Part shown: piece after piece, positions 1 to 13,200 of the stretch
Position numbering within the stretch: the first letter of the stretch is position 1
How the letters are laid out: each line of letters opens with the position of its first letter
Assembly (NCBI GenBank): GCA_002269645.1
Contig: NIVC01003354.1
Location: 38,634-102,633 of the forward strand
DNA length: 64,000 nucleotides
Reading direction: 5' to 3'
From: Macrostomum lignano
Lineage: Eukaryota
Position numbers and translations under genes: made by a program
Notes under the pieces: generated by a model
The model's database searches: none
Told to the model about the DNA's origin: nothing
What the model saw: the letters and a program-made list of their open reading frames with translations, nothing else

Positions 1-1845
1 CCCCACCCTCTCTTCTCCTTCAAACCCTCTCCTCCCCTTCAGACCCCACCCTCTCTTCCCCTTCAGACCCTACCCTCTTCTCCTTCAAACCCTCTCCTCC
101 CCTTCAGACCCCACCCTCTCCTCCCCTTCAGACCCCACCCTCTCCTTCCCTTCAGACCCCACCCTCTCCTCCCCTTCAGACCCCACCCTCTCCTCCCCTT
201 CAAACCCTCTCCCCCTCTTCAGATCCCACTCTCTCTTCCCCTTCAGACCCCAGCCTCTCCTCCCCTTCAGACCCCACCCTCTCCTCCCCTTCAAACCTTC
301 TCCTCCCCTTCAAACCTTCTCCTCCCGTTCAGACCCCACCCTCTTCTCCCCTTCAGACCCCAGCCTCTCCTCCCCTTCAGATCCCACCCTCTTCTTCCCT
401 TCAGACCCCACCCTCTCCTCCCCTTCAGACCCCGCCCTATCCTCCCCTTTCAGACCCCAGCCTCTTCCTCTTCAGGCCCCACCCTCGTCTTCCCTTCAGA
501 CCCCAACTTCTCCTCCCCTTCAAACCCTCTCCTCCCCTTCAGACCCCACCCTCTCCTCCCCTTCAGACCCCAGCCTCTCCTCCCCTTCAAACCCTCTCCT
601 CCCCTTCAAACCCTCTCCCCCCTTCAGATCCCACTCTCTCTTCCCCTTCAGACCCAAGCCTCTCCTCCCCTTCAGACCCCACCCTCTCCTCCCCTTCAAA
701 CCTTCTCCTCCCCTTCAGATCCCACCCTTTTCTTCCCTTCAGACCCCACCCTCTCTTCTCCTTCAAACCCTCTCCTCCCCTTCAGACCCCCCCCTCTCTT
801 CCCCTTCAGACCCTACCCTCTTCTCCTTCAAACCCTCTCCTCCCCTTCAGACCCCACCCTCTCCTCCCCTTCAGACCCCACCCTCTCCTTCCCTTCAGAC
901 CCCACCCTCTCCTCCCCTTCAGACCCCACCCTCTCCTCCCCTTCAAACCCTCTCCCCTCTTCAGATCCCACTCTCTCTTCCCCTTCAGACCCCAGCCTCT
1001 CCTCCCCTTCAGACCCCACCCTCTCCTCCCCTTCAAACCTTCTCCTCCCCTTCAAACCTTCTCCTCCCCTTCAGACCCCACCCTCTTCTCCCCTTCAGAC
1101 CCCAGCCTCTCCTCCCCTTCAGATCCCACCCTCTTCTTCCCTTCAGACCCCACCCTCTCCTCCCCTTCAGACCACGCCCTATCCTCCCCTTTCAGACCCC
1201 AGCCTCTTCCTCTTCAGGCCCCACCCTCGTCTTCCCTTCAGACCCCAACTTCTCCTCCCCTTCAAACCCTCTCCTCCCCTTCAGACCCCACCCTCTCCTC
1301 CCCTTCAGACCCCAGCCTCTCCTCCCCTTCAAACCTTCTCCTCCCCTTCAGATCCCACCCTCTTCTTCCCTTCAGACCCCACCCTCTCCTCCCCTTCAGA
1401 CCCCGCCCTATCCTCCCCTTTCAGACCCCAGCCTCTTCCTCTTCAGGCCCCACCCTCGTCTTCCCTTCAGACCCCAACTTCTCCTCCCCTTCAAACCCTC
1501 TCCTCCCCTTCAGACCCCACCCTCTCTTCCCCTTCAGACCCTACCCTCTTCTCCTTCAAACCCTCTCCTTCCCTTCAGACCCCACCCTCTCCTCCCCTTC
1601 AGACCCCACCCTCTCCTCCCCTTCAAACCCTCTCCCCCCCCTTCAGATCCCACTCTCTCTTCCCCTTCAGACCCCAGCCTCTCCTCCCCTTCAGACCCCA
1701 CCCTCTCCTCCCCTTCAAACCTTCTCCTCCCCTTCAGACCCCACCCTCTCCTCCCCTTCAAACCTTCTCCTCCCCTTCAGACCCCACCCTCTTCTCCCCT
1801 TCAGACCCCAGCCTCTTCTCCCCTTCAGACCCTACCCTTTTCTCC
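1..1845. repeat. Pyrimidine-rich minisatellite, ~23-24 bp unit (cccttcagaccccaccctctcctc), with larger re-duplicated sub-blocks
   Basis: Unit visible throughout. A variant block containing gccctatcctcccctttcagaccccagcctcttcctcttcaggcccc recurs near 430, 1175 and 1405. Confidence 0.97.
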
Positions 1846-1964
1846 TTTCCAGTCTCACCTTGTAGCCCTGCTAATTCAACTTTAACTATACTCGTACTTT
1901 TCAGAAGAAGTGATGAAGAATTTCTCTCCTTTTTCTCTTCAGAATGTCCTCGCACCGGTCTTGT

Positions 1965-2830
1965 GGTCATTCTACGTGCCGTAGCGACTGGTCGCAGCAA
2001 CCATAGCTCTCTACCAGGAGACCCTTGCCGCCGTAGTGGCACCTGACGTACTGTCCGACCTGTTCAACACGACCTCGGGATGCTGCAAGGCGACACGCTT
2101 GCGGCCTACCTTTTCGTGTTGGTGCTCGATGGGGTGCTACGGAGGGCCCTGCCAACAGATGAGGACAGCTTCCGCTGTCGCTCCTGGGTTACGCCGACGG
2201 CCTGGCGCTGCTTGCCTCTTCGGCTGAGGGAGCCCAGCGCATGCTAGACAGCCTTGTGGCAGCTGCGGCATCGGTCGGGCTAGCGGTGAACATCGAGAAG
2301 ACGCAGGTGATGTGTGTACCTGCGGAGCTGCCAGGATCAAAATCACCTGCTGGGACGCCCGACGATCGTGCAGCGGCTCTACCTCGCTGCACGCGCTTCA
2401 CGTACCTAGACAGTCTTGTGCCCAGTGTCCAGGAGGACTTGGCGCGACGCAGGGGCCTGGCCTGGGTTGCCTTCCGCTCCATCCGAGTTGTCCTGTAGGA
2501 CGCCGCGCTGCCAGACTGCTGCGATCACCTAGCGAGAACCTCCGCAGGCAAAGACTTCAACTGGCGGGCCACACCATTCGGCGGAGGCTTACTGTTCTCA
2601 ACCAGTGCAGGACGTCCTGCTACTCACGATGCAGGGCCCCTGGCCGCGAGGCTACGGCCGGGCGAGCCGCTACGCGGATTGCCTGCTGGATGGCGCTGGG
2701 GTGATCGGCCAGGAATGCTGTTGCCGCCTTCAGAGAGCTCGCACCGAGAAAACTGATCTGACACCGCCTCCATTGTGAACTGTACTCTGTTGAGTCCCCG
2801 GCGGTTTGCCTTGTTGTTGTTGTTGATGGT
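1965..2830 (+). mobile_element. 5'-truncated, decayed RTE-clade non-LTR retrotransposon (C-terminal half of reverse transcriptase)
   Basis: Translation across frameshifts gives RLVAATIALYQETLAAVVAPDVLSDLFNTTSG, then LLGYADGLALL..AEGAQRMLDSL..ASVGLAVNIEKTQVM (YADD catalytic motif mutated to YADG, codons from 2181). It continues with LRRQRLQLAGHTIRR and LLLTMQGPWPRGYGRASRYADCL (RTE-type C-terminal motifs) and ends in a (gtt)n tail near 2812-2826. Confidence 0.88.
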
Positions 2831-3804
2831 GCATATCGCGTACTCACGATTCAAAAGTTTATGCTTCTTACTGTTTCACTGATTTAATTCCGAACCTACC
2901 AAGCCAACTATTTACTTTTAATTCCGTGTACTTTTCTTGTGTTTTAATTTTTACCGTTTGGTGTCAAAGCTATTTATTGCGTGTAATATTGTCGCAAAAT
3001 ATTACGCGGCAGTAGCTAAATACTGGGTGTCCGCTGTTCTGCATTACAACTATATAGTACTTCCGCATGTACTGACGTAACATTGCGCCAATAATTTTAC
3101 ATTGCGTGGCGCCGAAACCAATCTGCTGTTGAATGCTACTAGCATAATAGCCGTTTGAATCTCTTGAAATACATTGAAATGCCATGCTGTAGTATTGCTT
3201 TTGACGATCCAAACGAGACTGGCCAGACTCCTCACTGATCCATATGCTTCTCAAGCAAGGTATATATGGAAAGCATGTATACCTTGGATCACTCATACGA
3301 GCTAGAACCAAGGAATGTAGGTCTAACATTTCAATAAAAGTTCTTGATATAATGGAATGCAATAAATGCCAACCGGGGTCATTTTTTTACTTCCACTTTC
3401 CCCGAGTTTGACCACTTTTTCTGCTACAGGCGTAAGCTAAACCAACGCAAAATACTAGCCTGAATAAAAAACAACTCACTTCACAACCTTCACCTTAATC
3501 TTTCTTTCTGCCACTGCTGTGTCTTGCAATACTCATAAAAATCCTGTGACTTCGCTTCACAGGTGTTGCTTGAGAAACATATGGCGTCCAAATTGAATTT
3601 GCGCAAGTCTCTTACATCGTCAAAAGCAATACGTCTGGTACCAATTATTTGTGCCGATCAAGCTTCCTAGAGAATGCTTTGTTGATAACTGCATGTCCCT
3701 GTCTTGAAGCTTGCACGCTGTGTTTAACCATTATTTTGTCGGTGTACAACGTGCAACTGATCAGACGAATAGGTGGTAAATTCCTTAAAATCCTGATAGA
3801 GGCG

Positions 3805-4060
3805 GAGCTGTTGGGGAAGAGGCGGCAAGCAGCGGAACTGTTGGGGGGGAGAGGCGGTAGACAGCGGAACTGTTGGGGGGGGAGAGGCGGTAGACAGCGG
3901 AACTGTTGGGGGAGCCGCGGTGGGCAGCGGAACTGTTGGGGGGAGAGGTGATAGACAGCAGAACTGTTGGGGGAGCCGCGGTGGGCAGCGGAACTGTTGG
4001 GGGGAGAGGTGGTAGACAGCGGAACTGTTGGGGGAGCCGCGGTGGGCAGCGGAACTCTCC
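3805..4060. repeat. G-rich minisatellite, ~31 bp (cagcggaactgttggggggagaggcggtaga)
   Basis: About 8 degenerate copies visible. Confidence 0.93.
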
Positions 4061-4849
4061 GCTGGACGGACGGACTGTGCGCAGCACAGTCCCTGTCTCT
4101 ACTGCCGCCGCCGCCTCTCAATAAATGTAAAATAGGAGTGTTATAGTTCATTTATTAATGCTCCTTGACCTGCAAAAATTATACGGTTGCTAGGCAGTGT
4201 CGTAACACAGGACATGCGTTTTTCTGTAAAGTAATAATAACCCCACCATTAATATAGACAGTTGGTCGTGTAAACGAATGATTTGAAAGTTTAGTCTATG
4301 TTTTACAAAATGTCTCTATGAAAACTCATCTTCCTACTGACAGTAGAGTTTGCAAAAATCAGTTCTTGGAAGAATGCGACATTTTCGTGAAAATATTTAA
4401 ACTGCTATATTGGGCCTATGACAGATTTTTATTGAGAAACTATCGTCATTTCCACAGAGAAAGATAAACATGTGAAGCTTTCGTGAAGATTACATCTTCA
4501 TACTACGGGTGTCAAATTTTCCTGTATTTGACTGAACGTACGTGCATTTAGTCATAGTCGGGGAAGTGCTTCAACCATTTCTCAGGTTTAAATCGGCTGC
4601 CGCTTGCATATGTACATCACATGTAAATGAACATGTGGTAAATCTGATGAGGAACTATGCACACATGCGCGAGTTGCCCCGGAAAGAGCTGAGATTGATA
4701 GATAATGAAAAATCAGTAGGAAAGAGAATGAGGCTGCGTGACCACCCACCCCATTATCCTGTCTTTCCGTTGCATGGCAGCACGTAATTAAATGTGTCAA
4801 GTGTACAATTGATTCAATCGATTACTCGTTTATACGCAAAGCATCGAGA

Positions 4850-5795
4850 GAGTTTTTAATTGCATCCAAACTTTCTGACTAATGCCTTCGTGTGTTCCAA
4901 AGAAGGAGACACTGATTCATGGGGTGTGTACATTGACAAATGCAGTTGCAAGTTGCGTGCAAGTTTGTTGACAAAAAGCAGAGCGGAACAAAGATTGTCT
5001 ACGTGATTGACACTTCGGGCCAGGCGGGCTGTGTCAACGTTACTCGAATTCGCCGAGGCGGCGTTGGAATAAGTGATCCAAAAGCCGGTTTGCATCGCCA
5101 ACTATTCGTCTTTTATGGGCGGCGTAGATCGCCTGGACAGTGGACTCCAGCCGTACCATCCGAACAGGAAGACGCAGAAAGGTTTCAGAAGCTCGGTTTT
5201 CACATCATCCTCCTTCTAGTTCGCAATGCTTGGATCGTTTATCAGAATGCTGGAGGAACAAAGAGCTTCCTCAGCTTCCTGGAAGTTGCGATCAAGAATT
5301 TGATTGAACAATCTGGGCCAGGCAGACGTTGCGTTTCGGTTCGGGTCGGTCGAGCACCCGCCGCAGCCGGGCACATTCCAAGCAAGTCGGGCCAGGTTGT
5401 TGGGCAAAATCGACCGAGGCGTCGATGCCGACAGTGTCAAAAGAAGACAGTGTACGTCTGCTCGCAGTGTCCTGGCGTCCCACCATACTGTGTCTTGTGA
5501 ACTGCTTTGGCACGTGGCACAATAATTAAAGAACCATTATCATCTTCTAAGGTGTTGGAAAGCTTTGAATGCTTTTGAAATTTGAATAAAACTTTCCCGC
5601 TATGTTTGCTGGTTTGTTACTGTTGTTACTGTTAATACGAGCCATCTTTGAAAGGTTTGTTTGCTTTACTTCTATTATTGGTCGAGTTCGACCCATAGCC
5701 GACTGGAACGGTGGGAAGATCGAGAATTTGTGCGCTGGCCATAGATAGTTGTAAGTGGTCAAAAACGACCTTCCCGACTTCTTAAGGTTTTAACC
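4850..5795 (+). mobile_element. piggyBac-family transposon remnant (3' part of transposase, frameshifted, probable right end)
   Basis: Contains VACKFVDKK..IVYVIDT and IANYSSFMGGVDRLD (piggyBac YN..MGGVD motif, ~5095-5140, different frame). Followed by FQKLGFHIILLLVRNAWIVY and a C-terminal Cys-rich domain RRRCRQCQKKTVYVCSQCPGVPPYC..NCFGTWH. The likely terminus ggtcaaaaacgacc...cttaaggttTTAA is at ~5757-5793. No matching left end found. Confidence 0.85.
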
Positions 5796-6122
5796 TTAGT
5801 AGTAGTCCAGCTGCATTATTACCTTAAATTACCCTTACGACCTGCTAACTGCAGCTTTCTGTTTTGTATCCATGCAGCACTACTAGCCTTCTACTCACTA
5901 GCCTGCATGTTTAAATGATTAATAAAATCAAAGTAGGACTACTGGGTTATGATTTTCACGTGACAAGTATCTAAGCTGCAGATACTACTACTCGAGAATG
6001 AATGATTGAATTTCTAGTTATTACAAAGCGGGATCGGGATCCGGATGGTCTATCCCGGGATTTTTTAATCCCGGACAATTGTGATCGCAGGATTGTATCC
6101 CTACGACATGCATGATCATGCT

Positions 6123-6382
6123 AGCTATTGCGCAGCGCATCTGATTACGGCTGTTCAGTCCAAGGACTGGAAGGTCGCCACACACTACCCTCAATTACAT
6201 GATGTATCCCAGCTAATGTCGGCACCCATTTTACAGCTGGGTGAACTTAAGCAATGTGGAGTTAAGTGACTTGCTCAATGACACAAATTGTTCCAGTGGG
6301 ATCGGGAATCGAACCCCCGGACCTTCAAGTCGTGAGTTCAACGTACGCTGCTCTAGCCACTAGCATAGCTAGGCTACAACCC
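6123..6382 (-). mobile_element. tRNA-derived CORE-like SINE, copy 1 (diverged)
   Basis: Same sequence family as 21778, 32499 and 50392. The minus strand has a B box (ggttcgattcc) and a gtgtcattgagcaagtcacttaactc..cagctgtaaaatggg core resembling the MIR/CORE domain. Confidence 0.85.
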
Positions 6383-7829
6383 ACCTCTACGAATCGGTAA
6401 ATTCTATAGGCCTAGTCCGAAAAGCCACGAATTGTATCCTGCGTATTCATGTACATGATGTAGTACATCTAGGTCTTTGTTCCAAGCGTAGGAGTTGCTA
6501 GTACCTAATGTATATAGCTCGCAGACTTACACTGTGTACAAGTACATGTACCTTATCGATTATAGGCAGTCTATGTAGCGCAATCTCAATTTCAATGTTT
6601 TTTTCAGACAGGTTTTTCTTTCGAAGAAATTTCTCGAACCCGATCAACGCGAGTCTTAGTATTTGCTAAGGATTTCGACTTTTGACGACTGTACAAGCCG
6701 TTTTATTTTCTCTACTTTTTGTGTACTACATCTATAATTCGTGATAAGAATCTTCCAGATTTCGCAGCTGGCCGCCATGAAAGTTTCAACGTCTGAGGTC
6801 CAGGATTGGCAATCCCGACCACTGATCGACAGACATCTTTGCATTCATACATTGCATTGCATTACATTGTAATATTATCACCGTTGACGATTCTTTGCAA
6901 TTGCAAATTGATCATGATTGTTTAATTACATGTATATTTCTACATATTCTAGCTCTTTATTACTTCAGGAATCTCATGCAGCTTATAAAAATATAGTTTA
7001 AAAAAGCCTCGGTTATTCCAGACTCGGTGCCGGGCAGGAATGATTTTGAACGGGAATGAATTCCGTGCCCGCTATAGCTTCTTCTATATATACATGTACA
7101 TGCAAATAGTTTATGCCTTGGCTCCCTCAAAATGCTGTCAACACAGCTTTCAGTGGGGGGGGGGTAGTGCCGTGACCTGGGCTGCATGAAAAACACCTAT
7201 GCAACCCTCGTGGTGCTCTCTCGTGGTGCATATCCTACACGGGACTTGTTGAATTCGGCTCATACTCGGTGATCTTCCACTCTGTTCTTCAGCTTCTATT
7301 CTATGTCCTGCGACAGGCACTCTCACTACTAACAATTAATACCAGGACTCATGGTAAAATAACCAAACAGACAGAAGGAACAAAGAGTTGAATGGCTAAT
7401 GCCCACCATTTTTCCTGCTGCTAAACAAAGTAATTTATTTCGTAATATAATTTTTGTGCTAGTGAGTTATTTTAATTGCTTGGCAATGCAACAGTTCCTA
7501 GTTTTTAGGCTATGCATTTCTTTTTATAAGTGCAAAGGATTTGAAGATGGAAACATCAGAAAGTAGGCGCATTATTTTCAAGACACACTAGGGCAACGTA
7601 CTGGTATGATATAAGAAATATTGGAAAATAATTTATAGTCCAATATCAAACTACTTTACTTTTATCGATAACTCGTAGCATTGAGCATTAGTTTACTAAT
7701 TAGTATATTGTAAAGAGGAAATGCAAAGCAGTAAACAGTGTGAACATTTGATGGAAATCCGTCTGGCCAGCCGCTCCAGTGACCGAGAGCCGCTGCTTGT
7801 TTATGGCTGTAAAGCCCGGTTTCATTTCC

Positions 7830-8505
7830 CTACACTCCCCACGTTTCTGGAAATCCCCTAAACTCCCCACGTTTCTGGAAAGCCCCTACACTCGCCACGT
7901 TTCTGGAAATCCCCTAAACTCCCCACGTTTCTGGAAATCCCCTACACTCGCCACGTTTCTGGAAATCCCCTACACTCCCCACGTTTCTGGAAAGCCCCTA
8001 CACTCCCCACGTTTCTGGAAAGCCCCTACACTCGCCACGTTTCTGGAAATCCCCTACACTCCCCACGTTTCTGGAAATCCCCTACACTCCCCACGTTTCT
8101 GGAAATCCGCTACACTCCCCACGTTTCTGGAAATCCGCTACACTCCCCACGTTTCTGGAAAGCCCCTACACTCCCCACGTTTCTGGAAATCCGCTACACT
8201 CCCCACGTTTCTGGAAATCCCCTACACTCCCCACGTTTCTGGAAAGCCCCTACACTCGCCACGTTTCTGGAAATCCCCTACACTCCCCACGTTTCTGGAA
8301 AGCCCCTACACTCCCCACGTTTCTGGAAAGCCCCTACACTCGCCACGTTTCTGGAAATCCCCTACACTCCCCACGTTTCTGGAAAGCCCCTACACTCCCC
8401 ACGTTTCTGGAAAGCCCCTACACTCGCCACGTTTCTGGAAATCCCCTACACTCCCCACGTTTCTGGAATCCCCTACACTCCCCACGTTTCTGGAAATCCT
8501 CTACC
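7830..8505. repeat. Minisatellite, 28 bp (ccacgtttctggaaatcccctacactcc)
   Basis: About 24 near-identical copies. Confidence 0.97.
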
Positions 8506-8663
8506 CTTCCCGTGCATTCATGGAGTTAATTATACAAGCGGATTATTTGGAAGCGGAAAGGCAAAACACTAAAACAATATAAACAGTATTGAAAACATGA
8601 TCTTAAACGTATGCTACTTGTTCCTCGAAACCATAACGAATTCAATATTTTCTCTCTCTTCTA

Positions 8664-8795
<132 letters not shown>

Positions 8796-9198
8796 CTAAA
8801 CAAGATTGGGAATGGAGATTCAAATCTCGACTTGAAATCTTCGATTTTCAAAAAAATGTTTGGACATGTTGAGCCAATATCGACAATATTAACTGACAAG
8901 TGCACTGAAGGTCTAAGTTGAGTAAAACAATCACAATCGAAAAACACTCACTGAACTTGTCGCGCAGCATTAGCCGTACGTCTTCACGGAGGCATAGTGT
9001 GGTTTTTTCCACAACTTTTTCTTTCTTGTTGAAGTATTGCTGCGAAAGAAATATATGCACATGTCTAGATTTCATGACTTGAAAAAACAATTTAAATTAA
9101 AAGGGCATTCCAGATGACATGATTCAGTTACTAGTAACTAAAATGTCAAAAATGCAGAAGAGATAAAAATAAAAGTATGCTTCCCTAAAAATATTTCA

Positions 9199-9453
<255 letters not shown>

Positions 9454-9814
9454 TTAAACCTGCCATTTGGGACTGCTACGATCAATAAAACTACGCAAAT
9501 CTCAATTATTGACCTTTATTCAATAGTGTACTACTAGGAGTTCCAGGAACGTGGTTGCGCCTCAAAAATAGACTCCAGGTCGTGAGCTGTTTGTCCGACA
9601 TTTACTGAAAAAATATGCATAAAAATGATTTCCCGGCATTTAGACCCTCAGATTCTTGAAATTCACCTACACCAACAGCATACATGTGCAACCTTGGAAA
9701 TCACCCCGCCGTTTCTATTGGCAACACACACATGTAAGTCGCTATTGGCTGAGAGCAATCACGTGGCTACTATTCCGTCCAATGGAACTTACCACGTTCT
9801 GAAACTACCCGACT

Positions 9815-10215
9815 GCCCACATTCTGGAACTTCCCCACCCCTCACATTCTGGAACTTCCCCACCCATCGCATTCTGAAACTTCCCCACCCCTCACGGCCT
9901 CACATTCTGGAACTTCCCCACCCCTCACATTCTGGAACTTCCCCACCCCTCACATTCTGGAACTTCCCCACCCCTCACATTCTGGAACTTCCCCACCCCT
10001 CACATTCTGGAACTTACCCCACCCCTCACATTCTGGAACTTCCCCACCCCTCACATTCTGGAACTTCCCCACCCATTGCATTCTGGAACTTCCCCACCCC
10101 TCACATTCTGGAACTTCCCCGCCCATTGCATTCTGGAACTTCCCCACCCCTCACATTCTGGAACTTCTCCACTTTCCATATTCTGGAACTTCCCCATTTC
10201 CCACATTCTAGAACT
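9815..10215. repeat. Minisatellite, ~25 bp (cacattctggaacttccccacccct)
   Basis: About 16 copies. The unit is related to the 28-bp array at 7830. Confidence 0.95.
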
Positions 10216-13200
10216 TCTTAGTGCCTAGTGATAATCTAGCAGTACGAGCTTATAATATTTTAAGTATTATAAACCAAAACTTGTTATTTTATAGAAAAAG
10301 GTAGGAATTAAAAAAATAGGCCTAGGCAATAAAAAATAATTAAACAATAATTTAATGTTTTTTAAAGTTATATTTAAATCAAATAAAAAAAAGAAAGAAG
10401 TGTTATATAAAGCTAGAATTAAAACTTATAGGTCTTTTGATAGGCTTAAAATTAAACCAAATTTGAAAAAATAAAAAATAGATTTTAGCTGCTTAACTTG
10501 TTTAATTAAACAAATCAAAATTAGCTTTAAATTATATTAGGCCTAACTTAGATTAGATTTATAACCTTTGTGTACCAAAGAGGCTTCTTAGCTAGAATAT
10601 TTTTATAATAGGCCTTATAAATATATATAATATTAATAATCATACAAAATTGGCCTAAAATATAAATTTAAAATTATCAATGATATAAGCCCAACTGCAA
10701 TAAATTTTCATTTATTTATATTAAAATAGGCTTTGTTTATTGATAAATCACTTTCCTGGAAATATCACATTGTTAAATTATATTTGTTTTAATATATGAA
10801 TATTAAAAATATCATGCATATTTTATATATTTTATATATTGTCATTTTGTTTTAAATTAAATAGCAAAGGAAATTTTAGCATAAATAGGAGACAGCTAAA
10901 GATTAAACCAAATAAATTGTGATAAGTTTCCTTGTCTTATTCCTTTCTTTCCTTGCCTTTGAGCTTTAAAAGTTAGAAATGGAACTCAATCAGCCTCAGG
11001 GCTTATATCTGCTCATGCTACTTATTTCAAGTAGTAGGTAAGCCTAGTGATTTAGAAGTAGCCCCAAGATTGGAAGAATTTAATCCATTCCTAGAAAACA
11101 AGGTATCTAGATTTAGAATCTAAGAAATTGCCTTTAGGAGGCAGAAATCCTATTATAGGGTAGGCCTAGAGTAATCCTAGGGTCTAAGAAACCCACCTTA
11201 GGGTAGAATACCTAGCAAATAAGCTGTGACCTTCTGATCTTGGGAACACCCAGGACTGAGAGAATAAAATTCTTTAGAGGAGTATAAGGATAGACAATAC
11301 CATAAGACCACTCAGGCCAAAAATATAGTATAGGCCTATGTACATACACTACTAGTAGATACATAGAGAGTAGCACAGACAAAAAGAGATCTAGTTAGAC
11401 TGTGTGGACGCATTAGCAGAACAACTGAGAGGGGCAAGTCATGGCAGACTAGGAGCTGAGCCTAATGGCCTGCAAGTCAATTAGAAATGTATCATTTAGT
11501 GTTACACTTTGGCTTTGGCCATAGCACAAGCGCTCAGTAGGCTGATGCAGGAGAGCCAGCACCAGAGGATTTTACTTGCCGCAGCTGTGGCTTCTTAGGC
11601 AGTGGCCAAGTAATATCTAACAGTGTTTATGGATAGTGCAGCTAAGCAAAGGAATACCAGCACGAGTCATTAGGTCCTTAGTTGGCTTAATATCAAGGTA
11701 GTGCATGCTTTGTCTGTTGATGGTTGCCGAGTAAAGAATAAATGCGGAATTCCAAATGGCAACTCTGACATTATGTCCAGTTTCATTCATCTAGGCCAAT
11801 GACCTTATCCCAGTAAAAGGCTATCTATGGCAGAGCTACTCTAGATAAATATATGCATTGCCAATAGATAAACTTGGAGGCCTAGTAACTGGTATTATAA
11901 TAAAATCAATGGGAAAAGATTACTATTAGGCCTAATTACATTATATTTTTGGTGAGGGCCTAGCCTAATTTAATTTAAGCCTTTTAATCACTAGGCCCTT
12001 GCTTAAAATATATAATTATAATTGAGACAAGCCTAGCCCTAGACCAATCTTAAAGTTGTCAAAGCTTTACAAAATTGACAAAATAAAAACTTTATATTTT
12101 GTATAAAAATGTACATTGTCATTAGGCCTAGAGTCCTAGACATTATTGTAGGCTATAATGTGTAGGCCTATCAATAATATTATTATGTTTCAATTTTAAT
12201 CTAGCATTTGAAATTTTGCAGCACTGATAACTAAGCAACATTATTGGCTTAAATGTTAAGCAATGCTTGTTTTGTTAAGTGTCAGTCATAGGTCAGGAAC
12301 ACAATGGCATATCAGGCTTTTAAGGCCATTTATATTATCGAAATATCACATATTTAATACTATAGTGTGGATCACATCAAATCTTATCAAAACCAAGCCT
12401 TAGGGGGGCTAGTGACAGGGTCATCTATATTTATAGTCGATAACCTTTTTAGTACAGTGGATAGAGGCTTTTTAGTGGATTAGTGTACTAATAATACTAG
12501 TGCTAGTGGTCGTGGATCGTAGTGGATTTTTAGTTTGAAGCTTCGCTGCGCATTATAAATTCTTTCATAGAAAACGGAATTCTAACCCGTATTCTATAAC
12601 ACGGTAACATGTTACAGCTCGATAGACATCGGGAGTTTTTCATGTTATATTGCCGATGTTTATGGAAAACATAGGTGATTACCGATACCCGTTTACCCTG
12701 GTGAAAACACGACGCGAGCTACATGTACGTGTGTATACAATCTTTCGGCACTGTCATTCGTACTGAAAAAAAGGGGTTAGAGCTTTAGTATGTACGAGTA
12801 TATAGGATTTGCTGGTGTAGCGCTCGACTGTCAGTAGTGGCTGTAGGTAAAACGTCGTCAGCATATGATCAACTGGATTCATGGCACCCTGCAATGTCAG
12901 TCAGTAGAATTAATGAGGAATGTTTAATTGGATCTCTCTAAACTAAATTGCCTCCAACAATTTGAAAATAAGCACTGATCGTCAGCTAGTGTGGCTCAAT
13001 GGCAGAATCAGGGGCTAAATTCTCTGTTGAGCTGTTTTCTCCGTTGATCGATGGATATATTAAACGCGAATGTGGCCAAGTTTTATTGAACGATAAGTGC
13101 GTACCAAATACAACAACTTTTAGCCCACAAAGAATTGCAGTTCTGAAATTTTACGTCGTATATAGAGAGGCTTATGGTTCTTTCGGTAAAAATTGTACAT

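Noticed and set aside
3370-3392. aaccggggtcattttttt as the left TIR of the piggyBac remnant
   Set aside because: Only weak similarity to the reverse complement of the 5757-5793 end, and no adjacent TTAA.
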